Counted from the stretch's first letter, positions 29,524 to 39,972 are shown. The stretch is 64,000 nucleotides of DNA from an uncultured Brevinematales bacterium (GCA_964428015.1 CAYRWR010000014.1:8306-72305), one strand, 5' to 3'. The notes: generated by a model from the sequence alone, not told the origin. Program-made: numbers and translations.

Positions 29524-31101
29524 TTAATGCAAAAGGAAGGTCAGCGTAAAAGTCGACCCTCTGCCGAAATCACTTTCCACTTTTATCTCACCACCATAAT
29601 AGCGTAAAAAATTCCTGACCATGAAAAGTCCCAGTCCGGCACCTTTTTCATTCAGTGTCGGTGAATCCTGGGTACGGTAAAACTGTTCGAAAATCTTTTC
29701 CAGATCATCTTTACGTATCCCATTGCCGTTGTCTTTAACTTCCAGTATGAGATGCTCCCGGGATAACCGTCCGTTTATCTCTACCCATCCCCCCGGTTTA
29801 TTGTACATGATGGCATTGCCCACCACTTCATCCAGGATAGTCCGGATGATGACACTATTGGCCTGGAAACTACTGAACTCACGGCTGAGATCCGTCTTGA
29901 TGGTGATGTTTTTTTCAGAAATTACACCCTGATACTTTTCATTCAGCATTTTTAAAAGTTCAATAAAGTCCACACTTTCTGAAAAGAGGTCATCTACTTC
30001 ACGGGAAAGTTCTTCAAAAGTCAGCATTTTTTCCGCGGCGGTGATAAGGTTAGCTACAGTCTTGCGGGCTGTGACTACCAGCTCCTGCTCATCGTTATTT
30101 AACTGAGGATGCTGATGAAATTTATCCAGAATCTTGGCCAGACGTTCGGCGGGTTGTTTCAGGTAGCGCGAAGTATGAGTGATGAACTGACTGCGCAGAT
30201 TGACCAGCTTCAACAGCTCCCCGTTCTGTTCGATGATGCGTTTATAGAGAGCGGCGTTGTGCAGAGAGATAGCTACCTGGAAGGAGTAAATCTCTGCAAT
30301 AAACTGATCCTGTCGGTGGAATGTTTCGGTATCAGAAAGTATGTCCACATAGAGGACTCCCCGCCATTCCTCTTTGTAGTACAAGGGCATGACCATGATG
30401 GAAATATGGCTGGTACCTTTTATATGACTTACTGTTTTCAGTTTGATGATCTGGGTCTTACCGGATTTTTTACAATCTTCAATTACACTGAGTGGATAAG
30501 CAAATTCCTGAGTAGAGAGTATGTCACCCGTCATATTGACAAAACTCTTGGCTAAAAGGAAATCCCCGACCTGCTGCATTAAAAGAGCCCGGTCGGCATG
30601 GACTGTCTTCACCAGATGCTGAACGATATGGCGCAGCAGCTGGTCTTCTTCGAGAATAGAAGAAATGAACTGGTTGACTTCCAGGATATTGAGCAGGGCT
30701 TCATCTTTTTGTCGGAGTTCCTCTTCAGATAGTTGTGAAACATTTTTCAAAGCATAGAGCTGACTAAAGGCATCATGTTTTTCCTGATAACTGAGTTCCT
30801 GGAGCTTTTCGTGAGCCTGGATAGTCTGCTGGGCATCCTGCATTTCTTTGAAGCTGAATTCTTCCAGCTGTTCATGCGCCTGGATGATCTTATCCGCTTC
30901 CTTTCTCTCCTGGGACATGAGCTCCTGGACGATCTCCTGGGCTTTGATTCGCTGATCGGCATCTTTCAGCTCGGCATCGTAGAGGTCTTTCAGCTGTTCA
31001 TAGGCGTCTTTGGTCTTCTCCAGGATATTGATGTAGTCATCTTTTTGCTTCAATTCCTTACGGAGAGCTTCCAGTTCCAGGTCTCTGTCTTTTTCCGACA
31101 T
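29524..31101 (-). CDS. Soluble coiled-coil/GAF sensor histidine-kinase-like protein (paralog 2)
   Basis: Same architecture as its neighbour, with four 21-aa repeats. HATPase_c motifs NAIMYN, DNGNGI, FEQFYR and GAGLGL. The H-box position reads SRYLKQP. Confidence 0.75.
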   Translation of the reverse strand: MSEKDRDLELEALRKELKQKDDYINILEKTKDAYEQLKDLYDAELKDADQRIKAQEIVQELMSQERKEADKIIQAHEQLEEFSFKEMQDAQQTIQAHEKLQELSYQEKHDAFSQLYALKNVSQLSEEELRQKDEALLNILEVNQFISSILEEDQLLRHIVQHLVKTVHADRALLMQQVGDFLLAKSFVNMTGDILSTQEFAYPLSVIEDCKKSGKTQIIKLKTVSHIKGTSHISIMVMPLYYKEEWRGVLYVDILSDTETFHRQDQFIAEIYSFQVAISLHNAALYKRIIEQNGELLKLVNLRSQFITHTSRYLKQPAERLAKILDKFHQHPQLNNDEQELVVTARKTVANLITAAEKMLTFEELSREVDDLFSESVDFIELLKMLNEKYQGVISEKNITIKTDLSREFSSFQANSVIIRTILDEVVGNAIMYNKPGGWVEINGRLSREHLILEVKDNGNGIRKDDLEKIFEQFYRTQDSPTLNEKGAGLGLFMVRNFLRYYGGEIKVESDFGRGSTFTLTFLLH

Positions 31102-31128
31102 TTTTTTCCCTTACTCTGATATTATCCC

Positions 31129-31157
31129 ATTATATAATACAAGTAAAAGAGGGTCAA
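31129..31157 (-). promoter_or_regulatory. Candidate sigma70 promoter (TTGACC-17-TATAAT) for the kinase pair
   Basis: Read on the minus strand, the -35 is at 31152-31157 and the -10 at 31129-31134. It is about 28 nt upstream of the ATG at 31101. Confidence 0.5.
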
Positions 31158-31193
31158 GCACTATGAGCTATCTGAAAAATTGTCTGAGTATTA

Positions 31194-32291
31194 CTAGACA
31201 GAAAATCTCACTATCATAATATCTCCGTCCTTCATGACATAGTCCTTGCCTTCCTGACGAAGCAGTCCTTTGTCGCGGACAGCAGACCAGCTCCCCTGAG
31301 TGACAAAATCCTGATAGGCTACGATCTCACCCCGGATAAACCCGCGCTCCATGTCGGAGTGAATCTTGCCGGCAGCCTGAGGGGCTTTAGTCCCCCGGGT
31401 AATGGTCCAGGCTTTGGATTCTTTTTCTCCCGCGGTAAAAAAGGTAATCAGTCCTAAAAGTTTATACCCTTCCAGAATAAGGGTTTCCAGGCCGCTCTTA
31501 TCCTGACCTAATTCCAGGAGAAACTCTTTGGCTTCAGATTCTTCCAGCTCAGATATCTCCTGTTCAATTTTGGCACAGAGTACCACCACATCACAATCCA
31601 GTTCTTCCGCTTTGGATTTAAGTTTCTGATAATAGGGATTGGATTCATATCCGCTTAGGCCGTCTTCGCTGGTATTTCCCACCAGGAGATACTCTTTATC
31701 AGTGAGCAGCTGTAGCCCTTTGATGATCTTTTTTTCTTCATCAGTCAGGGAAATATTTTTGACCAGCTTGCCTTCTGACAGCCCGTCTTTCACCTTGACC
31801 AGAGCGCCTACTTCCGCTTCAGCCGCTTTGTCCCCGGAGCGCATGAGCTTCTGTTTTTTACCCAGGTAGTTTTCCACCTGCTCCAGATCCTTGAGCATCA
31901 GTTCCATGTTGATGATATCTACATCTCGGGTGGGGTCTACCTCCCCTATATGGATGATATCGGGATCTTCAAATAAACGGACAACCTGGACTATAGCATC
32001 CACATTACGTATGTGTGATAGAAACTGGTTACCCAGGCCCTCTCCCTGACTGGCCCCTTTGACCAGGCCGGCAATGTCCACAAACTCTACGGTTGTGGGG
32101 ATTATTTTTTTGCTGCTGTTCAGCTCCGCCAGTTTGTAGAGCCTTTCATCCGGTACATTGACTATGCCCACATTGGGGTCGATGGTACAGAAAGGATAAT
32201 TGGAGCTGTCCACCCCCGCTTTGGTCAGGGCATTAAAGAGCGTTGATTTACCTACGTTGGGAAGGCCTACTATTCCACAGGAAAAACCCAT
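31194..32291 (-). CDS. ychF: Ribosome-binding ATPase YchF (Obg-like)
   Basis: [28 protein letters not shown], and a C-terminal TGS-like RGFIRGEIV...[11 protein letters not shown]. 365 aa. Confidence 0.9.
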   Translation of the reverse strand: MGFSCGIVGLPNVGKSTLFNALTKAGVDSSNYPFCTIDPNVGIVNVPDERLYKLAELNSSKKIIPTTVEFVDIAGLVKGASQGEGLGNQFLSHIRNVDAIVQVVRLFEDPDIIHIGEVDPTRDVDIINMELMLKDLEQVENYLGKKQKLMRSGDKAAEAEVGALVKVKDGLSEGKLVKNISLTDEEKKIIKGLQLLTDKEYLLVGNTSEDGLSGYESNPYYQKLKSKAEELDCDVVVLCAKIEQEISELEESEAKEFLLELGQDKSGLETLILEGYKLLGLITFFTAGEKESKAWTITRGTKAPQAAGKIHSDMERGFIRGEIVAYQDFVTQGSWSAVRDKGLLRQEGKDYVMKDGDIMIVRFSV

Positions 32292-32428
32292 TTTACTGTC
32301 CTCATGTTTATTCAGGAGAAATATTTTAGCATCTTTTCCCTATCTATGCAATTGCCGGCCGGGACTATAAAAAATACTTAGCCATTTTTACGGTTTTATC
32401 TTATAATCCTGTGTCTGGAGGCTCCCGC

Positions 32429-33304
32429 ATGGAGAAAAAGTCATTCAAAGGTGAAAGTCTGATTATTCTGGCAGGCCTATTTTATTCCGTGGAGAGCATT
32501 CTGGTCAAGACGCTGAGCCGGGAATTCAGCGGTATTCAGATCTCTTTCTACCGCTTTATATTTGGTTTGATCTTCAGCCTGCTGGCACTATTTATCCTGC
32601 GCAAGGAGCTCCGCTTCAGAGAACCCTGGACTCTGACCGGGCGGGCTGTAGCCGGGGTATTGTCCATGATAGCCTATTATCTGGCGGTACAGTGGGGCAA
32701 TCCCGCCCGGGCTCTGCTTCTCAACCTCACCTATCCGGTTTTTGCTATGGTGTACGGCTTCTTATTTTTTAAAGAAAAAGCGGGCTGGAAAGAAATGGTG
32801 AGTATGCTGCTCTGCCTGGGTGGTATATTATTGGTATTCTATGACGGCTCCCCGGTCCCCTGGCAGGCCAATTTCTGGGCCCTGGTCTCAGGCGGGTCTG
32901 CCGGTATGGCTGTACATTTTATCCGGAGAGCCAGTCAGGTCAACAACAGCTATATCATCTATATCGTAGTTTGTGTGCTAGGTATACCCGTCTCCTTATC
33001 CGGTTTCTCTACCTGGAAAGCAGTGCAGACTCCAGATGTTCTGTTCTTACTGCTCATTGCCTTTGTGGTGTTTATAGGGCAGATTCTGATGCAGACCGGA
33101 TTCCGCTTTATCACCGCGGTACGGGGCAGTATTCTGGGCTATGCCAGCATACCTTTTACCATGCTGCTCAGTCACTTTCTGATTGGAGAGAATATCACGC
33201 TGCTCATGGTAGTTGGTGCCCTGCTCATCTTTGCGGCGGTGACTTTTAATACACTCACCCGTTCTATACAACCTGCCCCTCCGGATACAGGCCCTGGTCA
33301 CTAG
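32429..33304 (+). CDS. EamA/DMT-family transporter
   Basis: Ten predicted TM helices in two EamA-like halves. The ATG at 32429 is preceded by GGAGG; the track uses the GTG at 32411. Confidence 0.7.
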   Translation: MEKKSFKGESLIILAGLFYSVESILVKTLSREFSGIQISFYRFIFGLIFSLLALFILRKELRFREPWTLTGRAVAGVLSMIAYYLAVQWGNPARALLLNLTYPVFAMVYGFLFFKEKAGWKEMVSMLLCLGGILLVFYDGSPVPWQANFWALVSGGSAGMAVHFIRRASQVNNSYIIYIVVCVLGIPVSLSGFSTWKAVQTPDVLFLLLIAFVVFIGQILMQTGFRFITAVRGSILGYASIPFTMLLSHFLIGENITLLMVVGALLIFAAVTFNTLTRSIQPAPPDTGPGH

Positions 33305-33380
33305 TTAGACTATCCTTCCGGCATATTTGCTTTTTTAATATGTTTTCCCTAAGATATGCTATTCAATTGCAGGGAGTCTC

Positions 33381-33671
33381 ATGTCTATCCGAATCGAAGG
33401 CATCGTCAGCGACGCCGACACCAGCCAGCCCGTTAAAGATATAATAGTCAGACTGATTCATGACCGTACCACCCTTTGTCAGTACCTGACCGGCAAAGAT
33501 GGCGCCTATGTAGTGGAGAGTCAGCGTAAAAAACCGGGATTATATGAAATTGAACTGCACTGTTCCGAAACTATGGATGATTATCATGCCAGACGTGAAA
33601 GTATAGAGATAGACAGTCTGCCCTATCAGAGCCGGCTCGATTTCAGCCTTTTATCTACCCGGAGATTTTAG
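33381..33671 (+). CDS. Small protein with a carboxypeptidase-regulatory-like beta-sandwich signature
   Basis: IEGIVSDADTSQPVKDIIVRL...TGKDGAYVVE resembles CarboxypepD_reg-type domains. 96 aa. Confidence 0.4.
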   Translation: MSIRIEGIVSDADTSQPVKDIIVRLIHDRTTLCQYLTGKDGAYVVESQRKKPGLYEIELHCSETMDDYHARRESIEIDSLPYQSRLDFSLLSTRRF

Positions 33672-34429
33672 AGAGGATTGCGGGATCGGGGCTGTATCTT
33701 TTTCTTGGCTTTTTCCAGATGGTCCAGGATCTCTGGGTGATTGGGCAGCAGCTCAAAAGCCTGTTGGAGCTGTTTGACCGCGCTGTTATAATCCTGCCCG
33801 GCAAAATAGGCCCAGCCCAGACTGTCATGGTAGGCGGCAGAATTGGGGTCCAGGGCTACTGCCTTACGGCCTTCCACCAGGGCTTCTCCCACATTGATGC
33901 CGATCTCAGAATAGGTAAAACACAGATTGTTATGTGCTGAAGCATTATTGGGGTCGAGTTCGATAGCTTTTTTAAAATTCCGGATAGCCTCATCAAAACG
34001 TTTCAGTAAATAGTAGACATATCCCAGAGCGGAATGTGCCATACTACTCTGGGGATTGGCCTCCAGGGCCTGTTTAAATGATTTCTCGGCGCGGTCAAAT
34101 TCTTCCGATTCGGTATAGATCAGGCCCTGCAGCATATTGACCTGAACCAATTGGATGATATTGAGCTGGTTGGACTTGCCCAGGGGAATCATGGTCTTGA
34201 GGGCCAGAGGGACATCTCCCATATTCATATAACATATAGAAAGATAATAATCCACCACATGAAAGTTAGGAAATTTTTCTTTGATTTCTTTTAGAATGTC
34301 CAGAGCGGTATCAAATTTAGCACGGGGCAGATAGATGTCAGTTACCGGGTGGAGTTTGGATTTGAGTTCGCGGGGGAGTTTCAGTCCGGGGCCTTTGCCC
34401 TCAGGACTGGGTGTAGTAGATTTCTTCAT
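33668..34429 (-). CDS. TPR-repeat protein
   Basis: Several canonical TPR 34-mers (AHSALGYVYYLLKRFDEAIRNFKKAIELDPNNASAHNNL...). Confidence 0.7.
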   Translation of the reverse strand: MKKSTTPSPEGKGPGLKLPRELKSKLHPVTDIYLPRAKFDTALDILKEIKEKFPNFHVVDYYLSICYMNMGDVPLALKTMIPLGKSNQLNIIQLVQVNMLQGLIYTESEEFDRAEKSFKQALEANPQSSMAHSALGYVYYLLKRFDEAIRNFKKAIELDPNNASAHNNLCFTYSEIGINVGEALVEGRKAVALDPNSAAYHDSLGWAYFAGQDYNSAVKQLQQAFELLPNHPEILDHLEKAKKKIQPRSRNPL

Positions 34430-34973
34430 CTGACTTGATAGCTATGATCCCGGCTCCCTGTGCCAGGTACAGCTGAATCTTTCTATCATTCATAGTAAGT
34501 TCCACCTGAAGGACACCAGACCAGGTCTTTCCCCCGATCTGCCGGCTGTACCACTGATCCACATATTTCATGGAGATACCTTCGCCGATATTGATCACAG
34601 TCCCATTGCGGGGATTATTGTTGAAGAGTATTACGTCATCGGTAATAGAGCGGTAATAGATACCGTCATGGATAGCTACCAGGTAAAAGTCACCGGTATC
34701 TGAGACACGGAAACGGAAACGGTAATTCAGAACCGTATCTCCCTGAGTCCAGGCCATATCCCAGTTTACAAAGACATGCCCCATTTCCTTGGCTTCTTCA
34801 GGTATCTCGATTTTACTTTTAAAAGCTATCTGACTTCCGGATTTGGAAACCAGTTGAAAATTAAAATCCGTCTTTATAGGAAAATATTTAGAGAAAGGCA
34901 AAGACACGCTATAGAGAGGAACCGCCACAGTGAGCAGGAGTAAAAACCAGATTCTGCGCATCTTAGATATCAT
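34401..34973 (-). CDS. Exported hypothetical protein
   Basis: Signal peptide MRRIWFLLLLTVAVPLYS. It overlaps both flanking TPR genes (by 11 and 29 nt), which suggests one operon. Confidence 0.55.
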   Translation of the reverse strand: MISKMRRIWFLLLLTVAVPLYSVSLPFSKYFPIKTDFNFQLVSKSGSQIAFKSKIEIPEEAKEMGHVFVNWDMAWTQGDTVLNYRFRFRVSDTGDFYLVAIHDGIYYRSITDDVILFNNNPRNGTVINIGEGISMKYVDQWYSRQIGGKTWSGVLQVELTMNDRKIQLYLAQGAGIIAIKSDEEIYYTQS

Positions 34974-36090
34974 CCAGTTCTTCTATCTCATTCTGGAAAT
35001 TCTCAATGGTTGAGGAAGCCAGGCGGGAAGTAAATTCCTTTTTGTCTTTGAAGATACCTTTGTACTCCTCATAGAGATCCATGGCTTTCTGGTTTTTACC
35101 GGAGTCATCATAGATGCGTGCCAGCAGCAATACCACGCGGGCATCATTGGGGAATTTACTGAGGTAGTCCAGACTCATGGCCACAGCCTTGTCATAGGTT
35201 TTTTCTTCCAGGTAGATACGTATCATTCCAATGATAGCATATTTATTAAAGCTGTGCTCTAAAACGCCTTTGTAGGCTTCTTCCGCTTCTTTGAGCTTGC
35301 CTACCCTCACGTAGCTGTCGCCCAGACGGGTAAGGATGCGTTCGTTATCTGGTTCGTTGCGCAGGATCTTCTTCCAGTACTTGATGGAATCCTTGTAACG
35401 TCCCTTGCCGCGCAGGCTGTCGGCTATACCATAGAGGGCGTAAAAATTATTACGGTCTATCTCCAGGGCTTTCTGGTAATAGTCGATGGCTTTATCAAAC
35501 TGCTTCCAAATACGGTAGATATTACCCACCATGGTCAGGATGTTGATAAAACGGGGGTTTACTTCCAGTAGTTTCTTCCAGTAGTCCAAAGCCCGGTTGT
35601 ATTTTTTATTCTTGTAGTATAGATCCCCGATACCCATTAGGGCGAATTTGTTGCGGGGATTGATATCCAGGGCCATAAGATAATATTTTTCAGCGTTATC
35701 AAAATCGAATTTTTTGCGATAGGCATCCCCTACCCGGGTCATGATCAGGTAATCCTGAGGATCTATTTCCAGAACCTTGATCCAGTAATCCATAGCACGG
35801 TTCCAGTTTTTAAGCCCGCGGTAGGCATCTGCCATACCGGTAAGTGCTTTACGGCGATTGGGGTCTTTAGACAGGCTGGTCTCATAAAAAGGAATGGCGT
35901 CTTCAAAGAAAAGCTGTTCACGCAGACAGTCACCCATACCTTCCAGCGCGTCCAGGTATTCCACATGGTCCTGATCACCCTGTTCCTTAATGGTATCTAT
36001 GATATCTTTATAAACCGCTTCCGCGTCTTCATATTCTTCTTCTTTGAGAAGGGACTGAGCTTTATCGAGTAGATCCCTGATACTGTCCAT
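34963..36090 (-). CDS. TPR-repeat protein
   Basis: About nine tandem TPR units (ALDYWKKLLEVNPRF..., AIDYYQKALEIDRNN...). Confidence 0.7.
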   Translation of the reverse strand: MDSIRDLLDKAQSLLKEEEYEDAEAVYKDIIDTIKEQGDQDHVEYLDALEGMGDCLREQLFFEDAIPFYETSLSKDPNRRKALTGMADAYRGLKNWNRAMDYWIKVLEIDPQDYLIMTRVGDAYRKKFDFDNAEKYYLMALDINPRNKFALMGIGDLYYKNKKYNRALDYWKKLLEVNPRFINILTMVGNIYRIWKQFDKAIDYYQKALEIDRNNFYALYGIADSLRGKGRYKDSIKYWKKILRNEPDNERILTRLGDSYVRVGKLKEAEEAYKGVLEHSFNKYAIIGMIRIYLEEKTYDKAVAMSLDYLSKFPNDARVVLLLARIYDDSGKNQKAMDLYEEYKGIFKDKKEFTSRLASSTIENFQNEIEELDDI

Positions 36091-36191
36091 CCTGATTCCT
36101 TATCTGGGTATTTTCACTAAACTTAAATATAGCCTATATTTGCTAAAAAGTCAAACATGCCCGATAGTCATATTACAAATTTCCAGCCCTA

Positions 36192-38657
36192 TCATTCTTC
36201 AAACTGGTGTACAGCCAGATTGAATTTATCAGCCAGCCGGATCAATAGACTGTGTTCTTCCGTGCGCATACGGCGTTTTCCCTGCTGATGACTTATCAGC
36301 CTGTCATACATGGCATCCTGAATCTCTGACTTTTCAAAATCCAGGCCCGCCAGATTGGCGAAGTCTATCAGATGATCCAGCTTGTCTATCTCCTTTTTGT
36401 CCAACTGCTCCACCACGGAATGGATGCGCAGGGATACTTCCCTCTGCAGTAAGGGAGCTATCTCGGTAACATCGATCTCCAGGTCTGAACTCCGCGCTGA
36501 TAATATGACTCTGATCAGGTCGGAAAAGTCATATTTATCTATGCCTTTTTCCAGCATATGGTTCATTTCCTGGATAATATGATTGGACAGCAGATTCCGG
36601 ATGGACAGAATATCCTGGGTATCCATAGACACCTGCCAGTCCCGGTAATTTTTCAGTATGGACAGGAATTCTTCCACATCCAGCTGCGCTTCACTGACCT
36701 GACGGTGCAGCTCACTGAGACGCGGTGCACTGACGTCCTGCAGTATAGAGCGGCGTACCTCATATTTCATGTCCAGAATATGGAAGGACTCCCTGAACCA
36801 GTCCCTGAGCTCACGGTTCACGGCTCGCAGATTGTCCTGCCGGCATACCTTATCCAGATAAGTGAGTAGACTCTCATCAATATAGGACTTGATAAAACTG
36901 GTGTATTCCTGTCCGGCAGAGATGATATAAGCCAGGTAAGCATCCTGCTGGCCAGTCAGCCGGTCTTTCAGCTCCAGCTGGAATTTATGGACAGACCACT
37001 CGGTGTGTGTGATCCTGTCGGCTTTAGTGACCTTAAGGGCATGGCCGTACATATATTGTGTTTTACCCGTGGAGACATCCTGATTGCGTAAGATTTTCTC
37101 CAGTAGGAACTGGTTGATAACCCGGCGGCTGTCAAACTGGTGGGCCCAGACCATATCCTCAAATATCCTGCGTCCGTTCACAAAGGCCGGGATATTGGAC
37201 ACTGCTTTTTCCAGAATGTGCAGGAATTTTTCTCGGGTATCGGAGGGCAGCATATCTTCCACCAGATCCAGAACCCGGGCGGCATAACGCATATCCTGCA
37301 CTGTCTCTATCCCGGAAATCTCGGAGAAAAACCAGCCGCAGGAGGTATACATAAGCATAGCCTGGCGCAGAGCCTCCATGATCCTTATGATGAGGAGCCT
37401 GTCCTGATCACCCGGTGTTTTTCTGAGATGAGATTTAAGCCAGGCGGCCAGTGCCTCTTCCCTAGCCTTCATGTCGGGGGCGGCGGCTACCTCGATATAA
37501 TCATTCCGGGCCTTCCAGACATCATGAAGCCAGGGTCTGAGCTCCTCCCCGGCCAGGCGGTGGACGCGGTCACGCAGCAGGTCAAAAGCCTGACGCAGAG
37601 GATGGCGCCACTGCTGTTTCCAGTCCGGAGCACCCCCGGTCTGACAGCCGCAGTCTTCAAACCAGCGTCCTACTCCATGGGCGCAGCTCCAGGCAGTACC
37701 CAGGCCATTGTTGCCTTCCTTGAGTCTGACTCTGTCCCGGGGGGGATTATGAGCCAGAAAATGCCCGTAATTACCGAAGAAGAAATCCTCCCTCTCCCGG
37801 TTTTCATAGATGAGCCGGGCCAGGCACATATCGCCGAAGGGCTCATGGTGGCCGTAGCTCTCTCCATCAGTAGCTACATTTATCATAGGGGGTGCCTGAT
37901 CGGGATGGTCATGAGCCAGTAGCTCACCCCGTAGATGATCAACATTAAACAAAAGATGTTCAAAGGACAGTTTGGAAGCGATATCCCCGTAATAGAAAAA
38001 CACTGCCAGTTGGCCGGCAGGTGTCTCCAGGCGATATGCCCGGGAAGGATCGATGTTATTGTGACTGACATCGGTCCACTCTTCCTGCCCCTCATACTGC
38101 ACTGCCTGTGCCTGAGTGGGAGCCAGGATGATATATTTCACCCCCTGCTCTATCAGGACCTCCACGGTTCGGTCATTAACGGCGGTCTCTGCCAGCCAGA
38201 TCCCTTCACTGCGCCGTCCATAGGTCTTTTCAAAATGGCGCAGTCCCCATACGATCTGGGTGGTCTTGTCGGCGTCAGTAGCCAGAGGCAGGATGATATG
38301 ATTGTACACCTGGGCGATGGCATTGCCGTGACCCTCCAGGCGTTGCGCGGAATGCCGGTCTGCCTCCACTATCCTCTCCAGGGTACGGGGATCATGCCGC
38401 AGCAGCCAATCCACCAGAGTGGGACCGAAATTAAAGCTGATGTGTTCGTAATTATTGAGGATAGCCTGGATGCGTCCGAAGCTGTCGATGACACGGCTGG
38501 CGGCATTGGCGGCATAGCACTCCCGGTTGATACGCTCATTCCAGTCATGAAAGGGCGCGGCGGAGTCCTGGGTCTCGATCTCGTCGGTCCAGGGATCCTC
38601 GCGGGGAGGCTGATAAAAATGGCCGTGAAGTATCAGATAATTCCTTCTATTTTCCAT
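36192..38657 (-). CDS. Glycoside hydrolase family 57 protein with a long C-terminal extension (DUF3536-like)
   Basis: The N-terminus LILHGHFYQPPREDPW and ...DGESYGHHEPFGDM are GH57 signatures. The ATG at 38655-38657 is preceded by AAGGA; the track uses the TTG at 38678. Confidence 0.8.
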   Translation of the reverse strand: MENRRNYLILHGHFYQPPREDPWTDEIETQDSAAPFHDWNERINRECYAANAASRVIDSFGRIQAILNNYEHISFNFGPTLVDWLLRHDPRTLERIVEADRHSAQRLEGHGNAIAQVYNHIILPLATDADKTTQIVWGLRHFEKTYGRRSEGIWLAETAVNDRTVEVLIEQGVKYIILAPTQAQAVQYEGQEEWTDVSHNNIDPSRAYRLETPAGQLAVFFYYGDIASKLSFEHLLFNVDHLRGELLAHDHPDQAPPMINVATDGESYGHHEPFGDMCLARLIYENREREDFFFGNYGHFLAHNPPRDRVRLKEGNNGLGTAWSCAHGVGRWFEDCGCQTGGAPDWKQQWRHPLRQAFDLLRDRVHRLAGEELRPWLHDVWKARNDYIEVAAAPDMKAREEALAAWLKSHLRKTPGDQDRLLIIRIMEALRQAMLMYTSCGWFFSEISGIETVQDMRYAARVLDLVEDMLPSDTREKFLHILEKAVSNIPAFVNGRRIFEDMVWAHQFDSRRVINQFLLEKILRNQDVSTGKTQYMYGHALKVTKADRITHTEWSVHKFQLELKDRLTGQQDAYLAYIISAGQEYTSFIKSYIDESLLTYLDKVCRQDNLRAVNRELRDWFRESFHILDMKYEVRRSILQDVSAPRLSELHRQVSEAQLDVEEFLSILKNYRDWQVSMDTQDILSIRNLLSNHIIQEMNHMLEKGIDKYDFSDLIRVILSARSSDLEIDVTEIAPLLQREVSLRIHSVVEQLDKKEIDKLDHLIDFANLAGLDFEKSEIQDAMYDRLISHQQGKRRMRTEEHSLLIRLADKFNLAVHQFEE

Positions 38658-38719
38658 GTCGTTTTTCCTTGTAGTCAATATCGTACCCGAGAGTGTAGTA
38701 AAATTTCAGGGAAAAGTCA

Positions 38720-38990
38720 ATAGACGCGGGTAGCTCTACCGGGTAGTAAATTTATCCCCTCGACCTGAGGCGGAGTCCACTCTGAATCCCCGGTTTTCCC
38801 CCCTGAGGAGGCGTCCTGAGGGCCGCGGGGAGTAGCGGGAGTAGCTACTCCGGTCTGGTGATCCCTTCTCACAGGAGCTGTAGAGTGAGCGTATCCCTGT
38901 TTATCTTGGTAAGAGGCGAAATCCCGAGCGGTTGGGCGGTACCTGATTGTCAACGCTCCGCGGTGCTTCGGAGAGAAGTAATGGATGATG
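38720..38990. ncRNA. GC-rich, hairpin-rich non-coding block. Candidate structured RNA or 5' leader; class and strand unresolved.
   Basis: Clearly more GC-rich than its flanks. An 8-bp stem GGAGTAGC/GCTACTCC (38829-38851), three CCTGAGG copies, and CCGCGG pairs. The only ORF (38717-39001) has an R/P/G-rich nonsense-like translation. Confidence 0.3.
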
Positions 38991-39080
38991 AAGTTTTTCA
39001 AAAAAAAGATGTCTTCTGACTAAAGATTGAATATATCCAACCTTTTTAATTGACGGTAAACTTATTAATAAGTAAAATAA

Positions 39081-39476
<396 letters not shown>

Positions 39477-39531
39477 CTTTCATTTTCACATATTCAGGGA
39501 TTTCAGTCTGATTCATGTTTGTTGTTTCTGA

Positions 39532-39930
39532 CTATCTCAGGCACATAGCGGTGAGGCCGTTGATATTGGTGCGGAATCCGAATTTTTCGTAGAATTTCAC
39601 ATTGCCGGGTGTGGCTACCAGAGTGGGTTTGAGGTCGTTCTCCTGCAGGATCTCCATCAGGGCTGTCATGATCCGGCTGCCGATACCCTGGTGGCGAAAA
39701 TCAGGGTGCACAATCAGACGCATGATATAGGCGTGCAGTATCCCGTCAGATATGACATGGACAAAACCGATGAGTCTGCCCCCCGCATCCCGGGCAGTAA
39801 GACAGCACCAGGAACGGGTAATGGCACTTTCCAGTTTCTCTACCGGACTGACTTCCCAGTGGTTGGTCTTCAATAATTCGTTGAGCTCCACCGCAGAGAG
39901 TTTACCATCCCGTACTATTGAAACCTGCAT
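39532..39930 (-). CDS. GNAT-family N-acetyltransferase
   Basis: RLIVHPDFRHQGIGSRIMTAL...KFYEKFGF is a GNAT motif A/B pattern. Confidence 0.75.
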   Translation of the reverse strand: MQVSIVRDGKLSAVELNELLKTNHWEVSPVEKLESAITRSWCCLTARDAGGRLIGFVHVISDGILHAYIMRLIVHPDFRHQGIGSRIMTALMEILQENDLKPTLVATPGNVKFYEKFGFRTNINGLTAMCLR

Positions 39931-39972
39931 ATAGTTTCCTTGTTTTAAAATATTCCCTTGCTCTAAATATAA

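Noticed and set aside
37140-38723. Two long plus-strand ORFs (260 and 262 aa) inside the GH57 gene. Similar antisense ORFs occur inside clpC (20494-22692), the large TPR gene (12443-13153), pntAA (1350-2129) and the exported protein gene (60174-60854).
   Set aside because: All lie antisense to genes with strong motif support. They lack RBS context and have compositionally odd translations, so I treat them as shadow ORFs.
38826-38980. A possible yybP-ykoY (Mn2+) riboswitch on the plus strand. GGGGAGTAGC (38827-38836) is identical to the conserved L1 core, and GGAGAGAAG (about 38971) resembles the 3' GAGAGAC element.
   Set aside because: The sequences flanking the two motifs cannot form the required closing P1.1 helix. 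The downstream plus-strand gene is a retropepsin-like protease, not a metal transporter. A single 10-mer match in 128 kb of two-strand sequence is not improbable by chance. The question is left for cmscan to settle.
38717-39001. A 94-aa minus-strand ORF across the GC-rich block.
   Set aside because: The translation is R/P/G/T-rich with no recognisable fold signal, and there is no RBS. The region is better explained as non-coding structured or decayed sequence.
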